NCBI RefSeq assembly: GCF_029504745.1
Contig: NZ_JAQFIQ010000028.1
Coordinates: 1 to 32,000 of the forward strand
DNA length: 32,000 bases
Source of the DNA: Breznakia sp. PF5-3
GTDB taxonomy: Bacteria; Bacillota_I; Bacilli_A; Erysipelotrichales; Erysipelotrichaceae
Reading direction: 5' to 3'
In this document: positions 18,201-23,903 of the stretch, in pieces
Layout of the letters: the number at the start of each line of letters is the position of its first letter
Position numbering within the stretch: the stretch's first letter is position 1
Program-made: the position numbers and the translations under genes
The notes under the pieces: generated by a model
Told to the model about the DNA's origin: nothing
What the model saw: the letters and a program-made list of their open reading frames with translations, nothing else
Database searches by the model: none

Positions 18201-21200
18201 TTTCGCTTCATCGACTGTCATTACAATGTTGCTAGCTACTAGTGTATACTTGTCGCCTTCTTTGATTACATCGCCATCTACTACTTTCGCAATTGCTTTC
18301 ACTTCATCTTTTGGATCTGTTGCTGCTTTTGCTTTGATAACTACTTCGTAATCTTTGACTTCTGCTTTATATCCACCATTGTCTTTTACCATGATTTCCG
18401 ATTGTGCAAGTTTTAAACCTGTTTTCGTTGACCATGCTTCTACTTCTGTCTTTTCTAAGATTTCAGCATCTGTTCCGGTTACATCATCTTTCAAGATTAC
18501 ATAGTTATGTAAGTCATATGCATAATCTTTTCCTACATACAATCCTACTGCTACTACTCTTGATTTCTTAACTGTATTGTAGTCACTGTCAGTTACACTG
18601 TATTCTACTACATACATTCCTTTTTTCGATGTATCTACAGTTCCTGTTGATATTACTTTACTTGTAATATCTTTATCTTCTTCATCGTATGCACTAACTC
18701 CATGTTTGTAGTCATATGCATCCCCAATATTTAAACTCATGAATTCTGGATTCACTGTTAATACTGGTGCATTTCCATTAATTACAGTTACTTTAACTTT
18801 TACAGTTGTTGATGGATGTTCTTTCACTTGGTAAACAACATAATAATCTGTTGAAGTAGTATCAGTTCCAATATTCGCTTCTTTCACTTCTACTGCTACT
18901 GTACTAAAGTCTTTTACTTTCCATCCTTCTGCATTACCCCAATTAATTAAATTATCATTTGTATAATTTTCTGCTTGGCTTCTTGTAATTGTAATGTTAT
19001 TTGCTCCAATTGCATAATGATCTTCTGATGTTAATTCATCTTTCTTCATTACTTTAATTGTAATTGTTGCTTTTGTATCTTTTTCTTCATCTACATAGAA
19101 TGTTGCTGTATAAGTACCTTCTGCTGCTTTGAAATCTGTTGTTTCAAGTTTTACTGTTCCTGCACTCATATCATCACGATTAATTGCTACAGCTTTTGAT
19201 AACTCAATCAGTTTTGTGTTGTCAGTGATTGCTTTCGCTTGCTCAACATTCATCACTAAGTTATTAGCTCCGATTGTATATTTGCTACCTGTTTCAATCA
19301 CATGCTTGTCGATTACTTTGATTTTAATCGTTGCTTTTGTTGCTTTTTCTTCATCTACATAGAATATCGCTGTATAGTCACCCTTAGCTGCTGTAAAGTT
19401 TGTTGTTTCAAGTTTTACTGTTCCTGCACTCATGTCTTTACGTTTGAATGCTTCTGCTTTTGATAACTCAATCAGTTTTGTATTGTCACTAATTGCTTTC
19501 GCTTCATCTAGTGTCATTACTAAGTTGTTTGCAACTAGTGTATATTTATCTCCGTGTTCAATGACATTTCCATCTTTTACTTTGATCTTAATAGTTACTT
19601 TCGTTGCTTTTTCTTCATCTACATAGAATGTTGCTGTGTAGTCACCTTCAGCTGCCTTGAAGTTTGTTGTTTCAAGTTTTACTGTTCCAGCACTCATATC
19701 TTTACGTTTGAATGCTTCTGCTTTTGATAACTCAATCAGTTTTGTATTGTCACTAATCGCTTTCGCTTCATCTAGTGTCATTACTAAGTTGTTTGCTCCG
19801 ATTGTATACTTATCTCCGTGTTCGATTACATCTTTATCGATTACTTTGATTTTTACTGTTACTTTCGTTGCTTTTTCTTCATCCACATAGAATGTCGCTG
19901 TATAGTCTCCCTTAGCTGCTGTAAAGTTTGTTGTTTCAAGTTTTACTGTTCCTTTGCTTAGGTCTTCTAACTTCCATGCTTCTGCTTTCGCTTTTTTAAC
20001 TAACTCACTGTTGTCTGTCATCGCTTTCGCTTCATCGACTGTCATTACAATGTTGCTAGCTACTAGTGTATACTTGTCGCCTTCTTTGATTACATCGCCA
20101 TCTACTACTTTCGCGATTGCTTTCACTTCATCTTTTGGATCCGTTGCTGCTTTCACTTTGATAACTACTTCGTAATCTTTGACTTCTGCTTTATATCCAC
20201 CATTGTCTTTCACCATCAAGTCTGCACTTGGTATTGGCAGTCCTGTTGCGATTGACCATGCTTTTGCTTCTGTCTTTTCTAAGATTTCAGCATCTGTTCC
20301 GGTTACATCATCTTTCAAGATTACATAGTTATGTAAGTCATATGCATAATCTTTTCCTACATACAATCCTACTGCTACTACTCTTGATTTCTTAACTGTA
20401 TTGTAGTCACTGTCAGTTACACTGTATTCTACTACATACATTCCTTTTTTCGATGTATCTACAGTTCCTGTTGATATTACTTTACTTGTAATATCTTTAT
20501 CTTCTTCATCATATGCACTAACTCCATGTTTGTAGTCATATGCATCCCCAATATTTAAACTCATGAATTCTGGATTCACTGTTAATACTGGTGCTTTTCC
20601 ATTAATTACGTTTACATCTACCGTTGCTTTTACACTTGGATCTGCATCTACCTTGAAAGTCGCTTTATATAATGATGCAACTCCCTTTACAGTATGTGTA
20701 TCTAAGGATACTGCTACTTCACTACGATCAGATCTCTTCCATCCTTTCGCACCTGTCAACGATTTTAATTCTGTCGCTGCATATGTTGCATTATCTTCGA
20801 TTTTCTTTGCTTCACCTAAGCGAATCTCAATATGGTTTGCTCCTATGATATATTCATCATTTACTTCTACTACATCATATGGTAATACTTCAAAGGTTAC
20901 TTCTTTTGTGATAGTTTCTTCTTTTCCTACACTAAAGACTACCTTATATTCTCCAGCTTCTGCTTTATATCCACCTTTTGATTTAACTTTTACAGGTGTT
21001 TCTGTACCTAAAGATGTATCGATTGCTTTCGCTTTCGCTAAATTAATAAAGTCTTGATCATCTACTACTAATTTAGCATTATCTAACCCGATGATTACAT
21101 CATTTGCACTAATCGTATATAACACTTTTTGAACAATCACTTTCGTTGCTGCTTTAAAAGTAGCATCGTGATAATCTTTTGTTGCTACTGGATTTTTATT

Positions 21201-23771
21201 TCCATTTGCATCTGTTAGGAAAATTTGAACTACATCATTTTCTTTTAATGTTGTTCCTGCAGGGAATGTATAATTCCAAGTATTATCATCATTAATTGTT
21301 CCTTCATTCCCCATTTCAACGCCGTTTAAAGTAACTGTTAATTTTACTGGCTTATCATTATTATGAATAGCATCCAATTCCCATGTTCCTTCTAGCTTAT
21401 TTCCATTTGTATATAATGTGTTTGTTACTGTTACTGGTAATGGAGGTGTTACATCACTTACCGTAACCTTGCCCACTAAAATATCTTCTGCATTCGCAAC
21501 ATGACGCTTTGAAGAAGTTGGATCTTCATCTCCACGCCAAGCTTCCAACACTTCATATGTTGAACCTGGTGTTAAAAATTCATTTAATGGAACTGTATAC
21601 ATCCCACCACGAGGTTCTTCACCATATACTGCTAATCCTGGATTATCATTATCTTTACCAATCGTTTTGGCATAATATGTATTTTGTGTTCCATCTGCTT
21701 TTACTTCTAAAATTTTCACATACACTTCATCTGTCCATGCATCCCTACCATTAAGATCTAAACCTTCTGGTACTCTTGCATGACCAAAAATACTCTTATC
21801 CGCATTTTCTGGGTTTCTCAACTCATCAATTATTGGTGTTGCATTATTTCCACTAATACGTGTATATCCTGCCATTCCTGTACTACCAAATGATGCTGCA
21901 CCACTATTGAAGTCAGGATCTGATGAATTTGCTATTGTAGTAAAGTTTTGACCCGTTAAACTATAGTCAATTAAAACCCAACTTTTCCATGGGTTACCAT
22001 CTACATTAGCTCCTTTTTTCCACACAGCTACATCTGAATTAATAGATTCTAGCTTTGAAGTTGATCCATTTGTTGTTCTAAATACACTTCCTCCACCAGA
22101 ACGGTTGTTTACAAAGTCATAATACAAAATATTTTCGGCATGAAAATCTAGATTTCTACCATTAATTACTGCTGCATCAGCTCCTGCTGTATTACCTTCA
22201 ACAATAAAGATTGCTCCATTTGTTGCATTAATGGTTGCATCAGAAGCATCCATATCCAAAGCACATCCATTTTCTGCAATAATTGATATTGCACTATTTT
22301 TACCATCTACTGAAAACGATGCAGATGATGCTGATTGATATTGAATAGCTTGGTTTCTTGCATCTGAGTTTCCATCCCTTGGTGTTCCATCACCTGCATT
22401 TTGAACTAATACCTGACTACCACCAGATACCTTAAATGCATTTCCATCTCCAAAGAAACGAATCGCTGGTGCGCGACTTCCTTCTTCTTTAACTATCTTT
22501 ACATTCGCTTGATTTGTTACATTAAAAGTTTGGTTACCAACATATCTAAATCGAATTGTTGCACCATAGGTATTATGACCATCTTTTGAGTATAAATTCA
22601 AATTTGATCCAGCACCATCTACGTTAAATTCTCCGCCTCCAGTAACCTGTTGAATAAGAGCTGGCATTGCTCCTTTACTGTTAACCGTTAAGCTTGAGCC
22701 TGAATTTACATAAATCCCTGATGCTTCATTTCCGGCAATCGTTGAACCACAAATAACAACAACTCCACCATCATCTCCACTTGAAGATCCTGTTGATTCA
22801 ATATTTACATGAGAATTATCTTCCACTTTAAATTGAACTCTATTTTGAGTAGTTGAACTTGAATTATTATTAGCAAAAATTGCTTGTTCAGTACCTGTAT
22901 TTATATTTAATGTTGAACCTCCTAATACCTCTAAACCTGTTACTGCTTTTGTACTTGCTACAGGATTTAGACGAATAAGTCCTGCACCAGTATTAGTACT
23001 CAAGTTTACAGTAGCTCCATCTTTAATATATATATAACGTGTATAAATCATTTCATTATAAGTACTTGTTGGCATTAGCCAATTCACTGTACCTGTAAAG
23101 TTAATAACACTGTTTCTTGCCGTTACTAACCTACTGTCACTACTTGATCCATTACTAACATTATGGAAATTAATATTCCAGTTAGCATCATCGGTTTCTG
23201 CAGCAACAACATAATTTGCTCCACTTCTTTGAATCACAATATTTGATAACGTAAATTGTGATGGCGTTGACGCCGTTGCTAACACGAAACTATTTCTTGT
23301 AACGGTTGTAAAATCTAGAGTGAACCCATTACCATCTATTATCAAATTACGATTGACTTCAGGCAAATCATTTGCTGATGCCGTACTACCATCTCTGGTA
23401 ATATGTTTCGTAAATTTAATATGAGAAACATTGCTATCGCTCATAGCAGCTTTTAAAGTAGTCCAATCGCTTACTTCAACTGTTGCTGCTCTTGGTTTCG
23501 CGTCAAAAGTAGAAACATCCTGTGGAGGCGTTTCTTCTTGTTCTGTTTCTTCACTTGTATCTTCTTCTTGAGGCTCTTCTTCAACCTCTGAAGGCTCTTC
23601 TACCTCTTCTTCTGGACTGACATCTTCTGTTATGACATCATCTGCATCAGCAGTTAATAACACATCGCCGACTAAAGATGATACACCTAAAGACGTAAAT
23701 GTCAGTAAAAAACAAAGCATAACTGTGAACAGTGTTTTCTGTTTTTTCCAGAAATTCTTCTTTTTACTCAT
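9246..23771 (-). CDS. giant (4,841 aa) modular cell-surface adhesin-like protein
   Basis: Uninterrupted 14,526-nt ORF with AGGAGGAGGG RBS.
- Signal peptide MSKKKNFWKKQKTLFTVMLCFLLTFTSLGVSSLVG.
- Acidic E/P/T linker.
- About 550 aa rich in N/G/S/T with beta-solenoid-like periodicity (pectate-lyase-like adhesive-domain pattern, e.g. VSDWTTLKAAMSDSNVSHIKF).
- Ig-like region.
- Then 6 DUF5011-like domains interleaved with 88-aa modules.
- Pro-rich stalk PGRKPSVTPPTVSKPS, then AVTTGD, a hydrophobic helix and KRKKEEEE. Confidence 0.95.
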   Translation of the reverse strand: MSKKKNFWKKQKTLFTVMLCFLLTFTSLGVSSLVGDVLLTADADDVITEDVSPEEEVEEPSEVEEEPQEEDTSEETEQEETPPQDVSTFDAKPRAATVEVSDWTTLKAAMSDSNVSHIKFTKHITRDGSTASANDLPEVNRNLIIDGNGFTLDFTTVTRNSFVLATASTPSQFTLSNIVIQRSGANYVVAAETDDANWNINFHNVSNGSSSDSRLVTARNSVINFTGTVNWLMPTSTYNEMIYTRYIYIKDGATVNLSTNTGAGLIRLNPVASTKAVTGLEVLGGSTLNINTGTEQAIFANNNSSSTTQNRVQFKVEDNSHVNIESTGSSSGDDGGVVVICGSTIAGNEASGIYVNSGSSLTVNSKGAMPALIQQVTGGGEFNVDGAGSNLNLYSKDGHNTYGATIRFRYVGNQTFNVTNQANVKIVKEEGSRAPAIRFFGDGNAFKVSGGSQVLVQNAGDGTPRDGNSDARNQAIQYQSASSASFSVDGKNSAISIIAENGCALDMDASDATINATNGAIFIVEGNTAGADAAVINGRNLDFHAENILYYDFVNNRSGGGSVFRTTNGSTSKLESINSDVAVWKKGANVDGNPWKSWVLIDYSLTGQNFTTIANSSDPDFNSGAASFGSTGMAGYTRISGNNATPIIDELRNPENADKSIFGHARVPEGLDLNGRDAWTDEVYVKILEVKADGTQNTYYAKTIGKDNDNPGLAVYGEEPRGGMYTVPLNEFLTPGSTYEVLEAWRGDEDPTSSKRHVANAEDILVGKVTVSDVTPPLPVTVTNTLYTNGNKLEGTWELDAIHNNDKPVKLTVTLNGVEMGNEGTINDDNTWNYTFPAGTTLKENDVVQIFLTDANGNKNPVATKDYHDATFKAATKVIVQKVLYTISANDVIIGLDNAKLVVDDQDFINLAKAKAIDTSLGTETPVKVKSKGGYKAEAGEYKVVFSVGKEETITKEVTFEVLPYDVVEVNDEYIIGANHIEIRLGEAKKIEDNATYAATELKSLTGAKGWKRSDRSEVAVSLDTHTVKGVASLYKATFKVDADPSVKATVDVNVINGKAPVLTVNPEFMSLNIGDAYDYKHGVSAYDEEDKDITSKVISTGTVDTSKKGMYVVEYSVTDSDYNTVKKSRVVAVGLYVGKDYAYDLHNYVILKDDVTGTDAEILEKTEAKAWSIATGLPIPSADLMVKDNGGYKAEVKDYEVVIKVKAATDPKDEVKAIAKVVDGDVIKEGDKYTLVASNIVMTVDEAKAMTDNSELVKKAKAEAWKLEDLSKGTVKLETTNFTAAKGDYTATFYVDEEKATKVTVKIKVIDKDVIEHGDKYTIGANNLVMTLDEAKAISDNTKLIELSKAEAFKRKDMSAGTVKLETTNFKAAEGDYTATFYVDEEKATKVTIKIKVKDGNVIEHGDKYTLVANNLVMTLDEAKAISDNTKLIELSKAEAFKRKDMSAGTVKLETTNFTAAKGDYTAIFYVDEEKATKATIKIKVIDKHVIETGSKYTIGANNLVMNVEQAKAITDNTKLIELSKAVAINRDDMSAGTVKLETTDFKAAEGTYTATFYVDEEKDTKATITIKVMKKDELTSEDHYAIGANNITITRSQAENYTNDNLINWGNAEGWKVKDFSTVAVEVKEANIGTDTTSTDYYVVYQVKEHPSTTVKVKVTVINGNAPVLTVNPEFMSLNIGDAYDYKHGVSAYDEEDKDITSKVISTGTVDTSKKGMYVVEYSVTDSDYNTVKKSRVVAVGLYVGKDYAYDLHNYVILKDDVTGTDAEILEKTEVEAWSTKTGLKLAQSEIMVKDNGGYKAEVKDYEVVIKAKAATDPKDEVKAIAKVVDGDVIKEGDKYTLVASNIVMTVDEAKAMTDNNELVKKAKAEAWKLEDLSKGTVKLETTNFTAAKGDYTATFYVDEEKATKVTVKIKVIDKDVIEHGDKYTIGANNLVMTLDEAKAVSDNTKLIELSKAEAFKRKDMSAGTVKLEATNFTAAKGDYTATFYVDEEKATKATIKIKVIDKDVIEHGDEYTIGANNLVMTLDEAKAISDNTKLIELSKAEAFKRKDMSAGTVKLETTNFTAAKGDYTATFYVDEEKATKVTVKIKVIDKDVIEHGDKYTIGANNIEITRSVAESITNDQLIDLTKAEAFKRKDMSAGTVKVKTHNVEGTVGTYYVTFYVAEEPATEVRVAVKVVNGNAPVLTVNPEFMSLNIGDVYDYKHGVSAYDEEDKDITSKVISTGTVDTSKKGMYVVEYSVTDSDYNTVKKSRVVAVGLYVGKDYAYDLHNYVILKDDVTGTDAEILEKTEAKAWSIATGLPIPSADLMVKDNGGYKAEVKDYEVVIKVKAATDPKDEVKAIAKVVDGDVIKEGDKYTLVASNIVMTVDEAKAMTDNSELVKKAKAEAWKLEDLSKGTVKLETTNFTAAKGDYTATFYVDEEKATKVTVKIKVIDKDVIEHGDKYTIGANNLVMTLDEAKAISDNTKLIELSKAEAFKRKDMSAGTVKLETTNFKAAEGDYTATFYVDEEKATKVTIKIKVKDGNVIEHGDKYTLVANNLVMTLDEAKAISDNTKLIELSKAEAFKRKDMSAGTVKLETTNFTAAKGDYTATFYVDEEKATKATIKIKVIDKHVIETGSKYTIGANNLVMNVEQAKAITDNTKLIELSKAVAINRDDMSAGTVKLETTDFKAAEGTYTATFYVDEEKATKATITIKVMKKDELTSEEHYAIGANNITITRSQAENYTNNNLIDWGNAEGWKVKDFSTVAVEVKEANIGTDTTSTSYYAIFQVKENPSTTVKVKVTVINGNAPVLTVNPEFMSLNIGDAYDYKYGVSAYDEEDKDITSKVISTGTVDTSKKGMYVVEYSVTDSDYNIVKKSRVVAVGLYVGKDYAYDLHNYVILKDDVTGTDAEILEKTEVEAWSTKTGLKLAQSEIMVKDNGGYKAEVKDYEVVIKAKAATDPKDEVKAIAKVVDGDVIKEGDKYTLVASNIVMTVDEAKAMTDNSELVGKAKAEAWKLEDLSKGTVKLETTNFAAAKGDYTATFYVDEEKATKATIKIKVIDKDVIEHGDKYTIGANNLVMTLDEAKAISDNTKLIELSKAEAFKRKDMSAGTVKLETTNFTAAKGDYTATFYVDEEKATKATIKIKVIDKDVIEHGDKYTIGANNIEITRSVAESITNDQLIDLTKAEAFKRKDMSVGTVKVKTHNVEGTVGTYYVTFYVAEEPATEVRVSVKVVNGNAPVLTVNPEFMSLNIGDTYDYKHGVSAYDEEDKDITSKVISTGTVDTSKKGMYVVEYSVTDSDYNTVKKSRVVAVGLYVGKDYAYDLHNYVILKDDVTGTDAEILEKTEAKAWSIATGLPVPSADLMVKDNGGYKAEVKDYEVVIKVKAATDPKDEVKAIAKVVDGDVIKEGDKYTLVASNIVMTVDEAKAVSDNTKLIELSKAEAWKLEDLSKGTVKLETTNFTAAKGDYTATFYVDEEKATKVTVKIKVIDKDVIEHGDKYTIGANNLVMTLDEAKAVSDNTKLIELSKAEAFKRKDMSAGTVKLETTNFKAAEGDYTATFYVDEEKATKVTIKIKVKDGNVIEHGDEYTIVANNLVMTLDEAKAVSDNTKLIELSKAEAFKRKDMSVGTVKLETTNFKAANGDYTATFYVDEEKATKAAIKIKVIDKDVIEHGDKYTIGANNLVMTVDEAKAITDNTKLIELSKAVAINRDDMSAGTVKLETTNFTAAKGDYTATFYVDEEKDTKATIKIKVIDKDVIEHGDKYTIGANNIEITRSVAESITNDQLIDLTKAEAFKRKDMSAGTVKVKTHNVEGTVGTYYVTFYVAEEPATEVRVAVKVVNGNAPVLTVNPEFMSLNIGDAYDYKHGVSAYDEEDKDITSKVISTGTVDTSKKGMYVVEYSVTDSDYNTVKKSRVVAVGLYVGKDYAYDLHNYVILKDDVTGTDAEILEKTEAKAWSIATGLPVPSADLMVKDNGGYKAEVKDYEVVIKVKAATDPKDEVKAIAKVVDGDVIKEGDKYTLVASNIVMTVDEAKAMTDNSELVKKAKAEAWKLEDLSKGTVKLETTNFTAAKGDYTATFYVDEEKATKVTVKIKVIDKDVIEHGDKYTIGANNLVMTLDEAKAISDNTKLIELSKAEAFKRKDMSAGTVKLETTDFTAAKGDYTATFYVDEEKATKVTIKIKVKDGNVIEHGDKYTLVANNLVMTLDEAKAISDNTKLIELSKAEAFKRKDMSVGTVKLETTNFTAAKGNYTATFYVDEEKDTKATIKIKVIDKDVIEHGDKYTIGANNLVMTLDEAKAITDNTKLIELSKAVAINRDDMSAGTVKLETTNFTAAKGDYTATFYVDEEKATKATIKIKVIDKDVIEHGDEYTIGANNLVMTLDEAKAISDNTKLIELSKAEAFKRKDMSAGTVKLETTNFKAAKGDYTATFYVDEEKATKATIKIKVIDKDVIEHGDEYTIGANNLVMTLEEAEAIKNNNELIKLSKAEAFKRKDMSAGTVKLETTNFKAAEGDYTATFYVDEEKDTKATIKIKVKDGNVIEHGDEYTIVANNLVMTLAEAEAISDNTKLIELSKAEAFKRKDMSAGTVKLETTDFKAAEGDYTATFYVDEEKDTKATIKIKVKAKDVIVKGDKYYIGANHITINSHTAETITNDQLIALTEAEAWLKKDLSSAKVEVESHNVIGEAGVYQVTFHVVKEPTTKVTVNVNVTKTALDITAKDFTISHAEASNMNEAKVLELSEADVIINSKTRALAPTKESIAVHQEHLRVVKGSTILGGVYDVKLSVEHEGVEYATVIKVTVTPGRKPSVTPPTVSKPSTAVTTGDDTNLNSLFAMGIISFMSVIYLVKRKKEEEE
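9400..21125 (-). repeat. in-frame coding repeat array: about 39 copies of an 88-aa (264-nt) module plus 6 DUF5011-like domains
   Basis: The canonical module is VIDKDVIEHGDKYTIGANNLVMTLDEAKAISDNTKLIELSKAEAFKRKDMSAGTVKLETTNFTAAKGDYTATFYVDEEKATKVTVKIK (24 close copies, 6 unit-terminal variants, 6 linker variants, 3 flanking divergent copies). DUF5011-like copies are anchored by the EFMSLN Met codons at 20564, 18740, 17186, 15362, 14072 and 12254. Their spacings are 1824, 1554, 1824, 1290 and 1818 nt. Confidence 0.9.
14070..20564 (-). repeat. near-identical higher-order tandem duplication (3,378-nt unit followed by a 3,114-nt unit)
   Basis: Antisense track ORFs at 15751, 16054, 16279 and 16576 are 100% identical in translation to those at 19129, 19432, 19657 and 19954. 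The offset is exactly 3,378 nt. The second unit is shorter by exactly 264 nt, which is one module. Confidence 0.9.
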
Positions 23772-23852
23772 TTAATACCCTCCTCCTATTGGCTTTTATT
23801 CAAGCAAATATCACACATATGAAAAATCAATTTTCATAATGAGTATCGGTAA

Positions 23853-23878
23853 GACGCATAAGTCAAAATTCAGGTTCA
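23853..23878 (-). promoter_or_regulatory. ECF-type promoter candidate P2 (giant adhesin gene)
   Basis: On the - strand: TGAACC-TGAATTTTGACTTATG-CGTC (16-nt spacer), followed by TTAC. Located 25 nt after the LRR-gene stop and about 80 nt upstream of ATG 23771. It shares TGAAC...TGACTTAnGCGTCnTAC with P1. Confidence 0.6.
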
Positions 23879-23903
23879 TTATTTTTTAAAAAAATTGAAA
23901 AAT

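Noticed and set aside
9400-21125. Regular 264-nt periodic repeats that could be mistaken for a CRISPR array or a satellite.
   Set aside because: The repeats are contiguous with no unique spacers, they maintain one long open reading frame, and they translate into a conserved protein module. No cas genes are present.
9301-21754. About 45 + strand ORFs of 60-164 aa inside the giant gene, many recurring every 264 nt (for example 10291, 10555, 12901, 13165, 16279, 19657).
   Set aside because: These are antisense shadow ORFs of the - strand 4,841-aa frame. They encode low-complexity Ser/Phe/Leu/Cys-rich peptides and have no RBS. Their periodicity simply mirrors the coding repeats.
23772-23903. A sigma-A-type promoter (TTGACT...CATTAT) or a terminator in the gap before the giant gene.
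   Set aside because: The spacing and -10 quality are poor (19-nt spacer, CATTAT). Only weak AT-only hairpins are present. The ECF-type motif explains the region better.
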